Counted from the stretch's first letter, positions 12,348 to 21,591 are shown. The stretch: 32,000 bases of DNA from an uncultured Actinomycetes bacterium (GCA_963843975.1 CAWJMG010000001.1:600001-632000); one strand, 5' to 3'. Program-made: numbers and translations. Notes: generated by a model from the sequence alone, not told the origin.

Positions 12348-14372
12348 TCAGCGCACGCTGCTGGCCGGAACGGCCCGGCCGAAGAGCCAGCCCTGCGCGT
12401 GCTGCCATCCGTGCGCGGCGAGGACGTCGGCCTCGCTGCGTGTCTCCACGCCCTCCGCCACGGTGTCGAGCTCGAGACCGCGGGCCAGCCCGGCCAGGGC
12501 CTGCACGATCCGCTCGCTGGTGACGTCGCCGTCCCCCAGCCCCGCCGTGAACGAACGGTCGAGCTTGAGCCCGGAGACGGGGAGATCGCGCAGGTGAGTG
12601 ATCGACGAGTAGCCCGTCCCGAAGTCGTCGACGTACCAGCGCACACCCTCCAGGGCGAGCGCGCGCATGGCGGCCTGCACCTGGTCGGTCACGTGCACGA
12701 GGGCCGTCTCGGTGATCTCGAGGTGCAGCCGGGACGGCGGGACGCCGGCGTCGGCGAGCACCTTGAGGACGTGCTCGGCGAGGTCGGGCGCCGCGAGGGA
12801 CTGCGCCGAGACGTTGACGGCCACATGCCGGTCGTCGTCCAGGCGCGCGAGGAGCACGACGGCGTCGCGCAGCACGGCGCGGTCGAGCGGGAGGACGAGG
12901 TCGCTGCGCTCCGCGAACGGGATGAAGGAGTCCGGCTCCTCCATCGAGCCGTCCGGGTGCTCCCACCTCACGAGCGCCTCGTAGCCGACGACCGTTCCGG
13001 CCGGCAGCGACACCACGGGCTGGAACCACGCACGCAGATGACCGGCGGCGATGGCGTCGCGCAGACGGGTGCGCAGGACCATGCGGCTGCGAGCCTGGTC
13101 CGAGGTGACCGGGTCGAGGAACTCCCACCGGCCCCGGCCGCGGGTCTTCGCCTGGTGCAGGGCGAGCGAGGCGTCGGCGAGAAGGGCCTCGGCGTCGAGA
13201 CCGTCGGAGCTCGCGATGCCGATGGACACCGAGATGTCGAGGTCGTGCACGCCGAGCCGCATCGAGCCGCCGACGACGTCGAGCAGTCGGCCGGCGAGCA
13301 CCGCTGCCGCCTCAGCGTCGCCGAAGCCGGGCATGAGGACGGCGAACTCGTTGCCCGCCACGCGGGCGACGTTGTCGCGCACGCCGATCGCACGGGAGAG
13401 CCGCTCCCCCACGACCATGAGCACCCGGTCGCCGGCCCGGTAGGTGAGCGCCTCGTTGACCTCCTTGAGGTCGTCGAGCCCGACGGCGAGCACGGTGAGC
13501 GGACCGGCACCCGGCGCCGCCGCGACGCGCTGGATCCGCGCAGCCAGGGCCAGTCGGTTCGCGAGCCCGGTGAGCCCGTCGTGGTCGTACTCGTGCTGCA
13601 GCGCCTCGCGCACCTCGACCTCGCGGTCGATGTCGCGCAGGACGTCGACGCCTCCCACGAGCTGGCCGTCGGCGTCGCGCAGAGGCTTGCCGCGCACCCG
13701 CATCCAGCGCCAGCCGCCCGCCTTGGTGGCGAAGCGCATCTCCACCTCGCCGCGCTCGGCGCCCGAGGCGAGCAGCTGGCGCTGCACCTCGCGGACCCGG
13801 ACCATGTCGCCGGCGTGCGCGAAGTCCCCGACCCGCTTGCCGACGAAGTCCTCGACCTCCCAGCCCAGCGCCTCGGTCACCGACGGAGAGACCCACGAGA
13901 CGACGTGGTTGACGTCGGCGCGGTAGACGACGTCGAGGGAGTTCTCCGCGATCATCCGGTACAGCTGCTCGGCCTCGACGAGGTCCTGCTCCGTCCTGCG
14001 GTGCGCGGTGATGTCGCGGGCGGCGCCGTACAGCACGATCGAGCCGTCGTCGCGCTGGACCTTGCGCAGGCGCTCCTGCATCCACACGGCGCGACCGTCC
14101 GTGCCGATCCAGCGCACCTCGAAGTCGTACGAGCCACCGATCGGCACCTCGTCGACCCCGGTGAGCACCGGCAGGTCGCGCGGGTCCACGATCGCCTGGA
14201 TGAGCAGGGGGTCGGCGTACACGTCCTCAGGCGTGTAGCCCACGTGCGCCGTCACGGACGGGCTCATGTACTCGCAGCAGGCGTCGGGCCAGATGCGGTA
14301 GACGAACAGGACGTCGGTCGTCTCCGCCGCTACGAGCGCAGCGAGCTCGATGCCGTCCTGCTGCTCGGTCAC
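12348..14372 (-). CDS. PAS-PAS-GGDEF-EAL signalling protein, probably a c-di-GMP phosphodiesterase with a degenerate cyclase domain
   Basis: 674 aa. The GGDEF domain is recognisable (DGLTGLANRLAL) but its signature reads AGNEF. The EAL domain has EALVRW, DDFGTGYSS, KLD, EGVE and QGWLFG. Confidence 0.85.
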   Translation of the reverse strand: MTEQQDGIELAALVAAETTDVLFVYRIWPDACCEYMSPSVTAHVGYTPEDVYADPLLIQAIVDPRDLPVLTGVDEVPIGGSYDFEVRWIGTDGRAVWMQERLRKVQRDDGSIVLYGAARDITAHRRTEQDLVEAEQLYRMIAENSLDVVYRADVNHVVSWVSPSVTEALGWEVEDFVGKRVGDFAHAGDMVRVREVQRQLLASGAERGEVEMRFATKAGGWRWMRVRGKPLRDADGQLVGGVDVLRDIDREVEVREALQHEYDHDGLTGLANRLALAARIQRVAAAPGAGPLTVLAVGLDDLKEVNEALTYRAGDRVLMVVGERLSRAIGVRDNVARVAGNEFAVLMPGFGDAEAAAVLAGRLLDVVGGSMRLGVHDLDISVSIGIASSDGLDAEALLADASLALHQAKTRGRGRWEFLDPVTSDQARSRMVLRTRLRDAIAAGHLRAWFQPVVSLPAGTVVGYEALVRWEHPDGSMEEPDSFIPFAERSDLVLPLDRAVLRDAVVLLARLDDDRHVAVNVSAQSLAAPDLAEHVLKVLADAGVPPSRLHLEITETALVHVTDQVQAAMRALALEGVRWYVDDFGTGYSSITHLRDLPVSGLKLDRSFTAGLGDGDVTSERIVQALAGLARGLELDTVAEGVETRSEADVLAAHGWQHAQGWLFGRAVPASSVR

Positions 14373-14470
14373 GGCGTCGCCTCCTGCGGCCGGAGCACGG
14401 GCAGTCCCGCGCCCCCGAGCACGAGGCTAGGCACACCTCCGTCGGGAGTCGCGGCAGGCCGGCGCCGTCG

Positions 14471-15844
14471 TCAGCGGGCGAGGTAGCCGAGCAGGTCCTG
14501 ACGGGTGACGACGCCGGCCGGCAGGCCGTCCTCCACGACGATGGCGGCGTCCGCGGTCTCGAGCGCCGCGACGGCCGCGGCGACGGGCTCGCCGGCGCCG
14601 ATCATCGGCAGGGCCGCGCTCATGTGCTTCTCGACCGGGTCGGCGAGCTCGGCCCGACCTGCGAAGAGGGCGTCCAGCAGGTCTCGCTCGACGACCGAGC
14701 CGACCACCTCGGCCGTCTTCACCGGCGGCTCGGCGCGCACGACGGGCATCTGCGACACGGCGAACGTGCGCAGGATGTCGATGGCCTCGCGAACGGTCTC
14801 CTGCGGGTGCGTGTGCACGAGCTGCGGGAGCTCGCCACCCTTGGAGCGCAGGACGTCGCCGACGCTGCGCTCGGCCGAGGTCGACAGGAAGCCGTAGTCG
14901 GCCATCCACTCGTCGCTGAACACCTTCGACAGGTAGCCGCGGCCGCCGTCCGGGAGGAGCACCACGATCACGTCGTCCTTGCTCGCGCGCGCGGCCACCT
15001 CGAGCGCGGCCTGCACCGCCATGCCGCAGGACCCGCCGACGAGCAGGCCCTCCTCGCGCGCGAGCCGGCGGGTGACGAGGAAGGAGTCGCGGTCCGAGAC
15101 CGCCACGATCTCGTCGGTGACGGTCTGGTCGTACGCCGTCGGCCAGAAGTCCTCGCCGACGCCCTCGACGAGGTACGGCCGTCCGGTGCCGCCCGAGTAG
15201 ACCGAGCCGACCGGGTCGGCGCCGATCACCTTCACCGTGCCGCCGCTGACCTCCTTGAGGTAGCGCCCGGTGCCGCTGATCGTGCCGCCGGTGCCGACGC
15301 CTGCCACGAAGTGCGTGATGCGACCCTCGGTCTGCGCCCAGAGCTCGGGGCCCGTCGTCTCGTAGTGCGAGCGCGGGTTGTTCGGGTTGGAGTACTGGTC
15401 GGGCTTCCAGGCACCGGGGATCTCGCGCATGAGCCGGTCGGACACCGAGTAGTACGAGCGCGGGTCCTCGGGGTCGACCGCGGTCGGGCAGACCACGACC
15501 TCGGCGCCGTACGCCTTGAGGACGTTCTGCTTGTCCTGGCTCACCTTGTCGGGGCACACGAACACGCAGCGGTAGCCCTTGGTCTGCGCGACCAGCGCGA
15601 GGCCGACGCCGGTGTTGCCGCTCGTCGGCTCGACGATCGTGCCGCCAGGCCGCAGCGCGCCGCTCTGCTCGGCCGCCTCGATCATGCGCGTGGCGATGCG
15701 GTCCTTCACCGACCCGCCCGGGTTGAGGTACTCGACCTTCGCCAGCACGAGCGGGGCATCCGGGCCCAGGTGGGCCGTCACCGAGCGGAGGCGGACGAGG
15801 GGCGTGTTGCCGATGAGGTCGACGACGTTGTCGTAGTACTGCAT
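14471..15844 (-). CDS. cbs: Cystathionine beta-synthase (PLP-dependent domain plus a C-terminal CBS-domain pair)
   Basis: 457 aa. Contains NTPLVRL, the PLP-lysine block NPGGSVKDR, the GTGGT loop and C-terminal CBS repeats. Confidence 0.85.
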   Translation of the reverse strand: MQYYDNVVDLIGNTPLVRLRSVTAHLGPDAPLVLAKVEYLNPGGSVKDRIATRMIEAAEQSGALRPGGTIVEPTSGNTGVGLALVAQTKGYRCVFVCPDKVSQDKQNVLKAYGAEVVVCPTAVDPEDPRSYYSVSDRLMREIPGAWKPDQYSNPNNPRSHYETTGPELWAQTEGRITHFVAGVGTGGTISGTGRYLKEVSGGTVKVIGADPVGSVYSGGTGRPYLVEGVGEDFWPTAYDQTVTDEIVAVSDRDSFLVTRRLAREEGLLVGGSCGMAVQAALEVAARASKDDVIVVLLPDGGRGYLSKVFSDEWMADYGFLSTSAERSVGDVLRSKGGELPQLVHTHPQETVREAIDILRTFAVSQMPVVRAEPPVKTAEVVGSVVERDLLDALFAGRAELADPVEKHMSAALPMIGAGEPVAAAVAALETADAAIVVEDGLPAGVVTRQDLLGYLAR

Positions 15845-15892
15845 GCCGCGACCCTAACCGGGACCGGTTACGCGGCGGCAAACGTCGGACGG

Positions 15893-16798
15893 GTGGGTGA
15901 TCATGGGGTCATGGTCCGCGGCGTCCCCAGCCTGCCGATCCGCGACGAGCGGGTGCGGCAGATCGCGGTCGCCGCGGCGAAGGGCGGCGGCGGCCTCCTC
16001 GGCGTGGGCACGGCCCTCGCGGGCGCCGGCATCGGCGCGCTGGTCCTGCAGGCGCGCCAGGCGCGCAAGGAGATCGGTCCCCGCACGACCGTCCCGCCGT
16101 ACGCCGACGGCCGCTACCTGCCGCTGGGCCAGGACGTCGCCCGCGGCACCTCGCTGCGGTTCGCCGTCCTCGGCGACTCCGGCGCCGCGGGCCTCGGCGC
16201 CGTGGATGCAGCCGGCACCCCCGGGGGGGCGCTCGCGGCCGACCTGGCCGCTGCGGCCGGCCGCCCTGTGCTGCTCACCAACGCCGCGGTGGTCGGTGCC
16301 CGCAGTGCCGACCTGGCCGCCCAGGTCGACCGCGTCCTCGCCGTACGCCCGCACGTCGCCATGATCATGATCGGCGCCAACGACGTCACCCACTCCGTCC
16401 GGCCGCAGCGCTCGGCCCGGCTCCTCGCTGACGCCGTCCGCCGCCTGCGCGAGGGGGGCACCGAGGTCGTCGTCGGCACCTGCCCCGACCTCGGGACGGT
16501 GCAGCCCCTAGGCGCGCTGCTGCGGCGCTATGCGAGGCGCACCAGCCGCGAGCTCGCCGCGGTGCAGGCGATCGTCGTGCGCGAGGCGGGCGGCCGCCCG
16601 GTGCCGCTCGGCCAGCTGCTCGGCGAGCTCTTCGACCACGCGCCCGAGCTCTACTTCTCCGCCGACCGGTTCCACCCGTCGGCGCTCGGCTACCAGGCCT
16701 GCGCCGAGGCGATGCTGCCCGAGGTGCTCCGGGCAGTAGGGCTGCTGTCCGAGGACGACGGCGGTCGGCCGGCGCTGCCGGCGTCGCCCTCGTCCTGA
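15893..16798 (+). CDS. SGNH/GDSL hydrolase family protein (secreted or membrane-anchored lipase/esterase-like)
   Basis: This is the C-terminal part of a long plus-strand ORF. It has an N-terminal TM/signal segment, the FAVLGDSGAAGLG block (GDS), GANDV and a C-terminal DRFHPS (DxxH). The start is either GTG at 15893 or ATG at 15911. Confidence 0.75.
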   Translation: MGDHGVMVRGVPSLPIRDERVRQIAVAAAKGGGGLLGVGTALAGAGIGALVLQARQARKEIGPRTTVPPYADGRYLPLGQDVARGTSLRFAVLGDSGAAGLGAVDAAGTPGGALAADLAAAAGRPVLLTNAAVVGARSADLAAQVDRVLAVRPHVAMIMIGANDVTHSVRPQRSARLLADAVRRLREGGTEVVVGTCPDLGTVQPLGALLRRYARRTSRELAAVQAIVVREAGGRPVPLGQLLGELFDHAPELYFSADRFHPSALGYQACAEAMLPEVLRAVGLLSEDDGGRPALPASPSS

Positions 16799-16803
16799 CG
16801 CTG

Positions 16804-17181
16804 CTACAGCCGACGTCGAAGATCGAGCAGCTCGTCGGCGAGAGTCGCGAGCATCGCCACCACCGCAGGCGCGTCGAGCCGGGTGGAGGACGCCTCCAGC
16901 AGGTCGCGGCCGCACACCGCGACCTGGTCGCCCACGGCACTGTCGGCCAGCCGCGGCAGGGCTCGGCGCGGCTCGCCCTCGAGCGTCGCTGCCGCATCGG
17001 CGAGCCGCTGGGCGAGGCCGCGGGCTGCGTCGGCCCGGGTCGGCTCGGGCTCGAACGATGCGGTAAGCCGGGCGATCGCGAGCGACCGGAGGCGGTCGAC
17101 GGTGCGCCCGAGCTGGGCGGCGTACACCTCCGCGGCGGCGTCGTCCGAGGGTGGCGACGACGGCTGTCCGGGGTGCTCCAC
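16804..17181 (-). CDS. Hypothetical protein
   Basis: 125 aa with a GTG start, good GC3 and a non-repetitive helical-looking sequence. I recognise no family. Confidence 0.45.
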   Translation of the reverse strand: MEHPGQPSSPPSDDAAAEVYAAQLGRTVDRLRSLAIARLTASFEPEPTRADAARGLAQRLADAAATLEGEPRRALPRLADSAVGDQVAVCGRDLLEASSTRLDAPAVVAMLATLADELLDLRRRL

Positions 17182-17312
17182 GACCCGAGACTAGGCCGGT
17201 CAGGAGCGTGGCCCGGACCACGTCCGCCAATCGAGCCGAAGTCTTGCATCGGCCTGGGTGAGGAGGTCTACGGTGAAGCCCAGACGAACCCCAGATGCTG
17301 AGGAGACGCGCC

Positions 17313-17540
17313 ATGATCCGTCACTCCGAGGAGACCCACCAGCAGCTCGTCGAGCGCCTCCCCTCCGCCACCGGCCGTGACGTCAAGGACTGGATGCGCG
17401 CGCTCGAGGACGGCCCCGCCTTCTCCCGCTTCGAGGAGAAGGTCAACTGGCTCCGCGACGAGCACGGCCTCTCGCACGGCTTCGCGACCGCCGTCGTCCA
17501 CGAGGCCGACATGGTCCGGGCCCACCGCAAGCTCGGCTGA
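17313..17540 (+). CDS. DUF4287 domain protein
   Basis: ATG at 17313 is preceded by GAGGAG with a 6-nt spacer. The C-terminal WLRDEHGLSHGFATAVVHE resembles the DUF4287 signature. Confidence 0.6.
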   Translation: MIRHSEETHQQLVERLPSATGRDVKDWMRALEDGPAFSRFEEKVNWLRDEHGLSHGFATAVVHEADMVRAHRKLG

Positions 17541-17555
17541 CAGGCTCCACGCAGA

Positions 17556-17587
17556 ACGCCCCCCGCCTCCCCGAGGTCGGGGGGCGT
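17556..17587 (+). terminator. GC-rich hairpin downstream of the DUF4287 gene (putative intrinsic terminator without a U-tract)
   Basis: acgcccccc (17556-17564) pairs perfectly with ggggggcgt (17579-17587). The inner gcctc/gaggt extends the stem. It begins 16 nt after the stop codon. Confidence 0.5.
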
Positions 17588-17682
17588 GCTCGTGATGCGG
17601 TGGGTTTGCTGGTCTCCGGTTACGATTTCCGGGACGCCGCGGCCGGGAGGCCGTGGCGCCGACCACATAGGAGGAGACCCCC

Positions 17683-18402
17683 GTGGCCAACCAGATGCTC
17701 GCCGAGGTGCAGAAGGCGCTCGAGACCGCGCCGGTCGAGGAGCGCCTCGCCCTGCCCGACGTCATCGTCACGACCACCGCGTGCCTCGGCCTCGCGGCCA
17801 TCGCCGCCGTCCCCGGCTGGATCTACCTGAGCGGCAGTTTCGGCCTGTACCTCGCGCTGATCATCGGCCTGATGTTCTTCGGCATCTACGTCGCGCGCCG
17901 CTCGCCGGTCAAGGCGCCGCTCGCCCTCGTCTACAGCGCGGCGCTCGGCCTCATGATGGGCGCGTTCTCGCACATGGCCGTCGGCCAGGGCGGCAACATG
18001 GCGCTGATCACGCAGGCGATCATCGGCACCGTCGCCGGCACCATCGGCATGCTCGTCGTCTACTCCACCCCGTGGGGCAAGAAGGCCTCGCGCGCCTACA
18101 AGCTCTTCGGCGCCCTCGCCATCGGCTACCTCGTCCTGGGGCTCGCGAACGTCGTCGCCGTGCTCTTCGGCGTCGGTGGTGGCTGGGGCTTCTACGGCGT
18201 CAGCGGCATCGGCCTCGTCCTCTGCGCGATCGGCGTCGCGATGGCCGCGTGGTCGCTGCTCATGGACATCGGCCGCGCCGACATGATGATCCAGTCGGGC
18301 GCCCCGCGCTCGTGGTCGTGGTCGCTCGGCATGGCGCTCTGCGCCTCGATCGTCTGGCTCTACATGGAGCTGCTGCGCTTCCTGTCGATCGCCAACCGCT
18401 AG
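17683..18402 (+). CDS. Bax inhibitor-1/YccA-like integral membrane protein
   Basis: 239 aa with about 7 predicted TM helices. The C-terminal SIVWLYMELLRFLSI resembles the actinobacterial BI-1/YccA family tail. Confidence 0.55.
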   Translation: MANQMLAEVQKALETAPVEERLALPDVIVTTTACLGLAAIAAVPGWIYLSGSFGLYLALIIGLMFFGIYVARRSPVKAPLALVYSAALGLMMGAFSHMAVGQGGNMALITQAIIGTVAGTIGMLVVYSTPWGKKASRAYKLFGALAIGYLVLGLANVVAVLFGVGGGWGFYGVSGIGLVLCAIGVAMAAWSLLMDIGRADMMIQSGAPRSWSWSLGMALCASIVWLYMELLRFLSIANR

Positions 18403-18413
18403 TCCTGCACTGC

Positions 18414-18451
18414 ACGAAGGCCGCGTCCACCCTGGTGGGCGCGGCCTTCGT
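18414..18451. terminator. Perfect 12-bp-stem hairpin between convergent genes (putative bidirectional terminator)
   Basis: acgaaggccgcg (18414-18425) pairs with cgcggccttcgt (18440-18451). The loop contains a nested ccacc/ggtgg pair. Confidence 0.6.
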
Positions 18452-18462
18452 CGTACGACGGC

Positions 18463-19158
18463 TCAGGAGGGACGGCGGCGCAGCAGGTCTGCCGGCACGC
18501 GGCCGACCGGCTCGCGGAACGCGGCGCGCGGGAGCGGCCGGGCCTCGCCCGAGAGCCAGGTCGAGTGCCCGACGCCGTCGAGCCCGACCTGCTTCTGCAT
18601 CGCGGGCGTGAACTCGACGTACCCGTGCCGCTGCGACTTGTCCTGGCTGGTGAACCAGCGCACGAGGACGTCGGAGCCCTGGTCGGCGACGACCACGACC
18701 GGCCGCACCTTGGAGGTGGCGCCGCGGTCCTCGTCGTTGGGCATGTCGGCCCAGAGCACCGCGCCCGCCTCGAGCCGCGTCGCTGCGCCTGCGCCACCCC
18801 GGACGAGGTCGACGACGAGCAGCACGAGTCCGAGCACTGCCGCCGGGGCCGACAGCAGCCAGGCGAGGACGACCTTGGCCCAGGTGCCGCGGCCGGGCTG
18901 CGCCCGGTCGAGCAGGACGAACGCGACCACCGCCCCGAACGGGAGCGCGACGGAGATGGCGAGCACCAGCACCGCGCGACCCGCGCCGGGCGTGGTCAGC
19001 AGCACCCACGCGAGAGCCGCCAACGGCACGAGCAGGAACAGCGCGAGCAGCAGCAGCGCGGCCTCTCGGTAGGTACGCCGCCGGCGCGTGCCGTGCGGGT
19101 AGTACCGCCCCCGCGCCGCCGCCCACAGCGACCCGACGCGCACCCTGATCGACCCCAT
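18463..19158 (-). CDS. Membrane protein with a C-terminal PemK/MazF-like (SH3-fold) domain
   Basis: After three or four TM helices, the C-terminus (GAVLWADMPNDEDRGATSKVRPVVVVADQGSDVLVRWFTSQD) matches the PemK-like pattern G.i.wa..P....g..K.RP.vVv....l.v...TSq. I chose ATG at 19158 (MGSIRV...) because the upstream 75 codons are Arg-rich and implausible. Confidence 0.5.
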   Translation of the reverse strand: MGSIRVRVGSLWAAARGRYYPHGTRRRRTYREAALLLLALFLLVPLAALAWVLLTTPGAGRAVLVLAISVALPFGAVVAFVLLDRAQPGRGTWAKVVLAWLLSAPAAVLGLVLLVVDLVRGGAGAATRLEAGAVLWADMPNDEDRGATSKVRPVVVVADQGSDVLVRWFTSQDKSQRHGYVEFTPAMQKQVGLDGVGHSTWLSGEARPLPRAAFREPVGRVPADLLRRRPS

Positions 19159-19410
19159 GCCGCAGAACCTAGCGACAGCTGGGTTCGTGGCGACCCGAGA
19201 CTGCGGCATGGGTCGCCGCCTCCGGCGTCCGCGCTCAGCATCGGGGCGCCTTTGTCGCACCCCGGGCCGCACGCCACGGCAGACTGCTCCGGGCAGCGCA
19301 CGCCAATCCCCCCGGGTGCGAGTGTCGGCCGGACGTCCGCACGACGTGGCAGTGACAGCCACGAGCTCGGACGCGTGGCTCACGACGCCCCTGAACGAGA
19401 GGGTTCCACG

Positions 19411-20630
19411 ATGCCCGAGGCAGTCATCGTCTCTGTCGCCCGCTCCCCCATCGGCCGTGCGGTGAAGGGCAGCCTCGCCGCTCTACGTCCCGACGACATG
19501 GCGGCGCAGATGGTGCGGGCAGCCCTCGGCCGCGTGCCGGAGCTCGATCCCGCCACTCTCGACGACGTCATGCTCGGCTGCGGACAGCCCGCGGGCGAGG
19601 CCGGCTACAACCTGGCCCGCGTCACCGCGCTGCTCGCCGGCCTCGACGTCCCCGGGACCACGGTCAACCGGTACTGCGCCTCGAGCCTGCAGACCACGCG
19701 CATGGCGTTCCACGCGATCAAGGCCGGTGAGGGCGATGCCTTCCTCTCCGTCGGCGTGGAGGCGGTGAGCCGCTACGCGCAGGGCGCGAGCGACGGCTCG
19801 CCCGGCACGAGGAATGCACGCTTTGCGGAGGCCGGGGCCCGCACGGCCGCGCGCTCGACGGGAGGAGCGGAGGTCTGGACCGACCCCGCACTCGACGGCA
19901 TCCTGCCGGACGTCTACATCGCCATGGGGCAGACCGCGGAGAACGTGGCGCAGATCCGGGGAGTGAGCAGGCTCGCCCAGGACGAGTTCGGCGTACGCAG
20001 CCAGAACCTCGCCGAGGCAGCGATCGCCAACGGCTTCTGGGCGACGGACATCGTGCCGCTCGAGCTTCCCGGACGGCACCGTGGTGTCGGCCGACGACGG
20101 ACCTCGCCCCGGAGTCACCCTCGAGAAGGTCTCCGCGCTCGCACCGGTCTTCCGCCCCGACGGCACGGTGACCGCCGGCAACTGCTGCCCGCTGAACGAC
20201 GGTGCCGCAGCCGTGGTGGTGATGTCCGACGTGCGTGCCGCCGAGGCTCGGCATCACGCCGCTCGCGCGCATCGTCTCCACGGGGGTCAGCGCTCTCTCG
20301 CCGGAGATCATGGGCCTCGGCCCCGTGGCAGCGACGCAGCAGGCGCTCGCACGTGCCGGCATGACGATCGACGACGTCGACCTCGTCGAGATCAACGAGG
20401 CGTTCGCCGCTCAGGTGCTCGCCTCGGCGTGGGAGCTCGGCATCGACGTCGACCGGCTCAACGTCAACGGTGGTGCCATCGCCGTCGGCCACCCCTTCGG
20501 CATGACGGGCGCGCGGATCACGAGCACGCTGCTCAACTCGCTGCGCTTCCACGACAAGCAGATCGGCCTCGAGACGATGTGCGTCGGCGGCGGTCAGGGC
20601 ATGGCGATGGTCGTCGAGCGCCTCTCCTGA
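19411..20630 (+). pseudogene. Acetyl-CoA C-acyl/acetyltransferase (thiolase) interrupted by two +1 frame disruptions
   Basis: Thiolase sequence continues across three frames. The first runs from MPEAVIVSVARSPIGRA through NRYCASSLQ to IVPLELP. The second, from about 20071, reads [57 protein letters not shown]. The third, from about 20243, reads [14 protein letters not shown] through NEAFAAQV to [16 protein letters not shown]. The span is 1220 nt, which is 2 mod 3. Confidence 0.85.
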
Positions 20631-20643
20631 GCGCCTCTCCTGA
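20618..20643. repeat. Perfect tandem duplication of a 13-bp unit (gcgcctctcctga) that includes the thiolase stop codon
   Basis: Read directly: 20618-20630 equals 20631-20643. Confidence 0.9.
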
Positions 20644-21139
20644 GCGGCGATCGTCGGCCTCGGACGCGAGATCCGGCAACGGCTCGGTCTCTCCTGGCGC
20701 TCGACCTCTAGCCCCAGGCTGCTGCGAGGCACACGGTCGAACGCATCTGCGGCGGACGCCAGCGGCCGCGCGCGCCCGGCAGGCCCGTCTCGACGTCGTA
20801 TGCACGGGCGCCGGCGGGCAGCCTACGGCCGAGGGCGGCGGGATGCGCCCGGCAGGGGCCGTCTCGGCTGGCCAGATCGGCGCCCGAAGGCGAGTGGGCG
20901 GGAGCGGCCTTCGGCCGCGGGCGGCCGGGTGCGCTGGCGGGGCGCGGTGCGCGGTGGTTCCTCCCGAGCCCTGCCGTGTAGCGGGCAGTGGGTGCGGCGC
21001 TACGCGCCGAGCAGAACCGCGTGTGCACCTGAGTGGTCTGCTTTCACACCCACCCAAAGCGGTCAATAGCCTCACGAAGGCGCTCGAGCGTGTTGCTCAC
21101 GTCGACCGACCCGTCAGGGTGCCGCTCCACTCGTTGGAG

Positions 21140-21476
21140 ATTCAGCAGCCCAACACCAAGCTTCCAACCGAGCCGGGTTGATGCCCTCGTCGATGCCTAT
21201 GCGGCCGGTGCGAGCCTGAGTCAGTTGGGTCAGCAGTTCGGAATCCATCGGCAGACCGCCCAGGCTCACTTGCAGCGTCGCGGGGTCGCGATCCGCAAGG
21301 AGCTGGCGGCGCTGACCGGCGAGCAGATCGACGTGGCAGCGGAGCTCTACCGTCACGGCATGTCCACCAGCAGTATCGGCGCCAGCCTTCAAGTCGATGC
21401 CAGCACTGTCGCGAGGGCCTTGCGACGTCGAGGAGTTGCCATACGACCGCGGGGTCGCCCAGCAGCTGGTTCGTGA
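21140..21476 (+). pseudogene. Tandem HTH-domain fragment, probably the remnant C-terminus of a recombinase/resolvase-type protein with no catalytic domain upstream
   Basis: Two repeats fit the pattern Y..G.S...L....G....T....L.RRGVAIR ([40 protein letters not shown] and IDVAAELYRHGMSTSSIGASLQVDASTVARALRRRGVAIRPRG). The expected preceding KLPTEP is in the neighbouring frame; removing one G from the GGG run at 21174-21176 (within ccggg, 21172-21176) joins them. The ORF's own N-terminus (from 21033) looks non-coding. Confidence 0.35.
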
Positions 21477-21591
21477 ACTGAACCCGCGGGCTACCCGGAC
21501 GTCGACACGCCGGACGACCGAGTGGACGGTTGGGGGTGTGTCTGGTTTCATTACCTCAATCGAGGAAGTAAAACCTGACACAGGAGGCGTC

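Noticed and set aside
10172-12646. An 824-aa minus-strand ORF, and similar long ORFs (1984-3390, 1998-4664, 12243-14486, 14427-15881, 14624-15892, 16386-17314, 18260-19126)
   Set aside because: They are extremely Arg/Pro/Gly/Ala-rich and overlap frames with recognisable domain proteins. These are high-GC alternative-frame artefacts.
20644-21075. ORFs 20533-21075(-), 20708-21028(-) and 20800-21069(+) as possible genes, and a tRNA/tmRNA as an island integration target
   Set aside because: The translations are Arg/Pro/Ala-rich nonsense. I found no T-loop-like GGTTCGAATCC-type sequence or cloverleaf arrangement at the junction. I therefore treated the block as non-coding or decayed.
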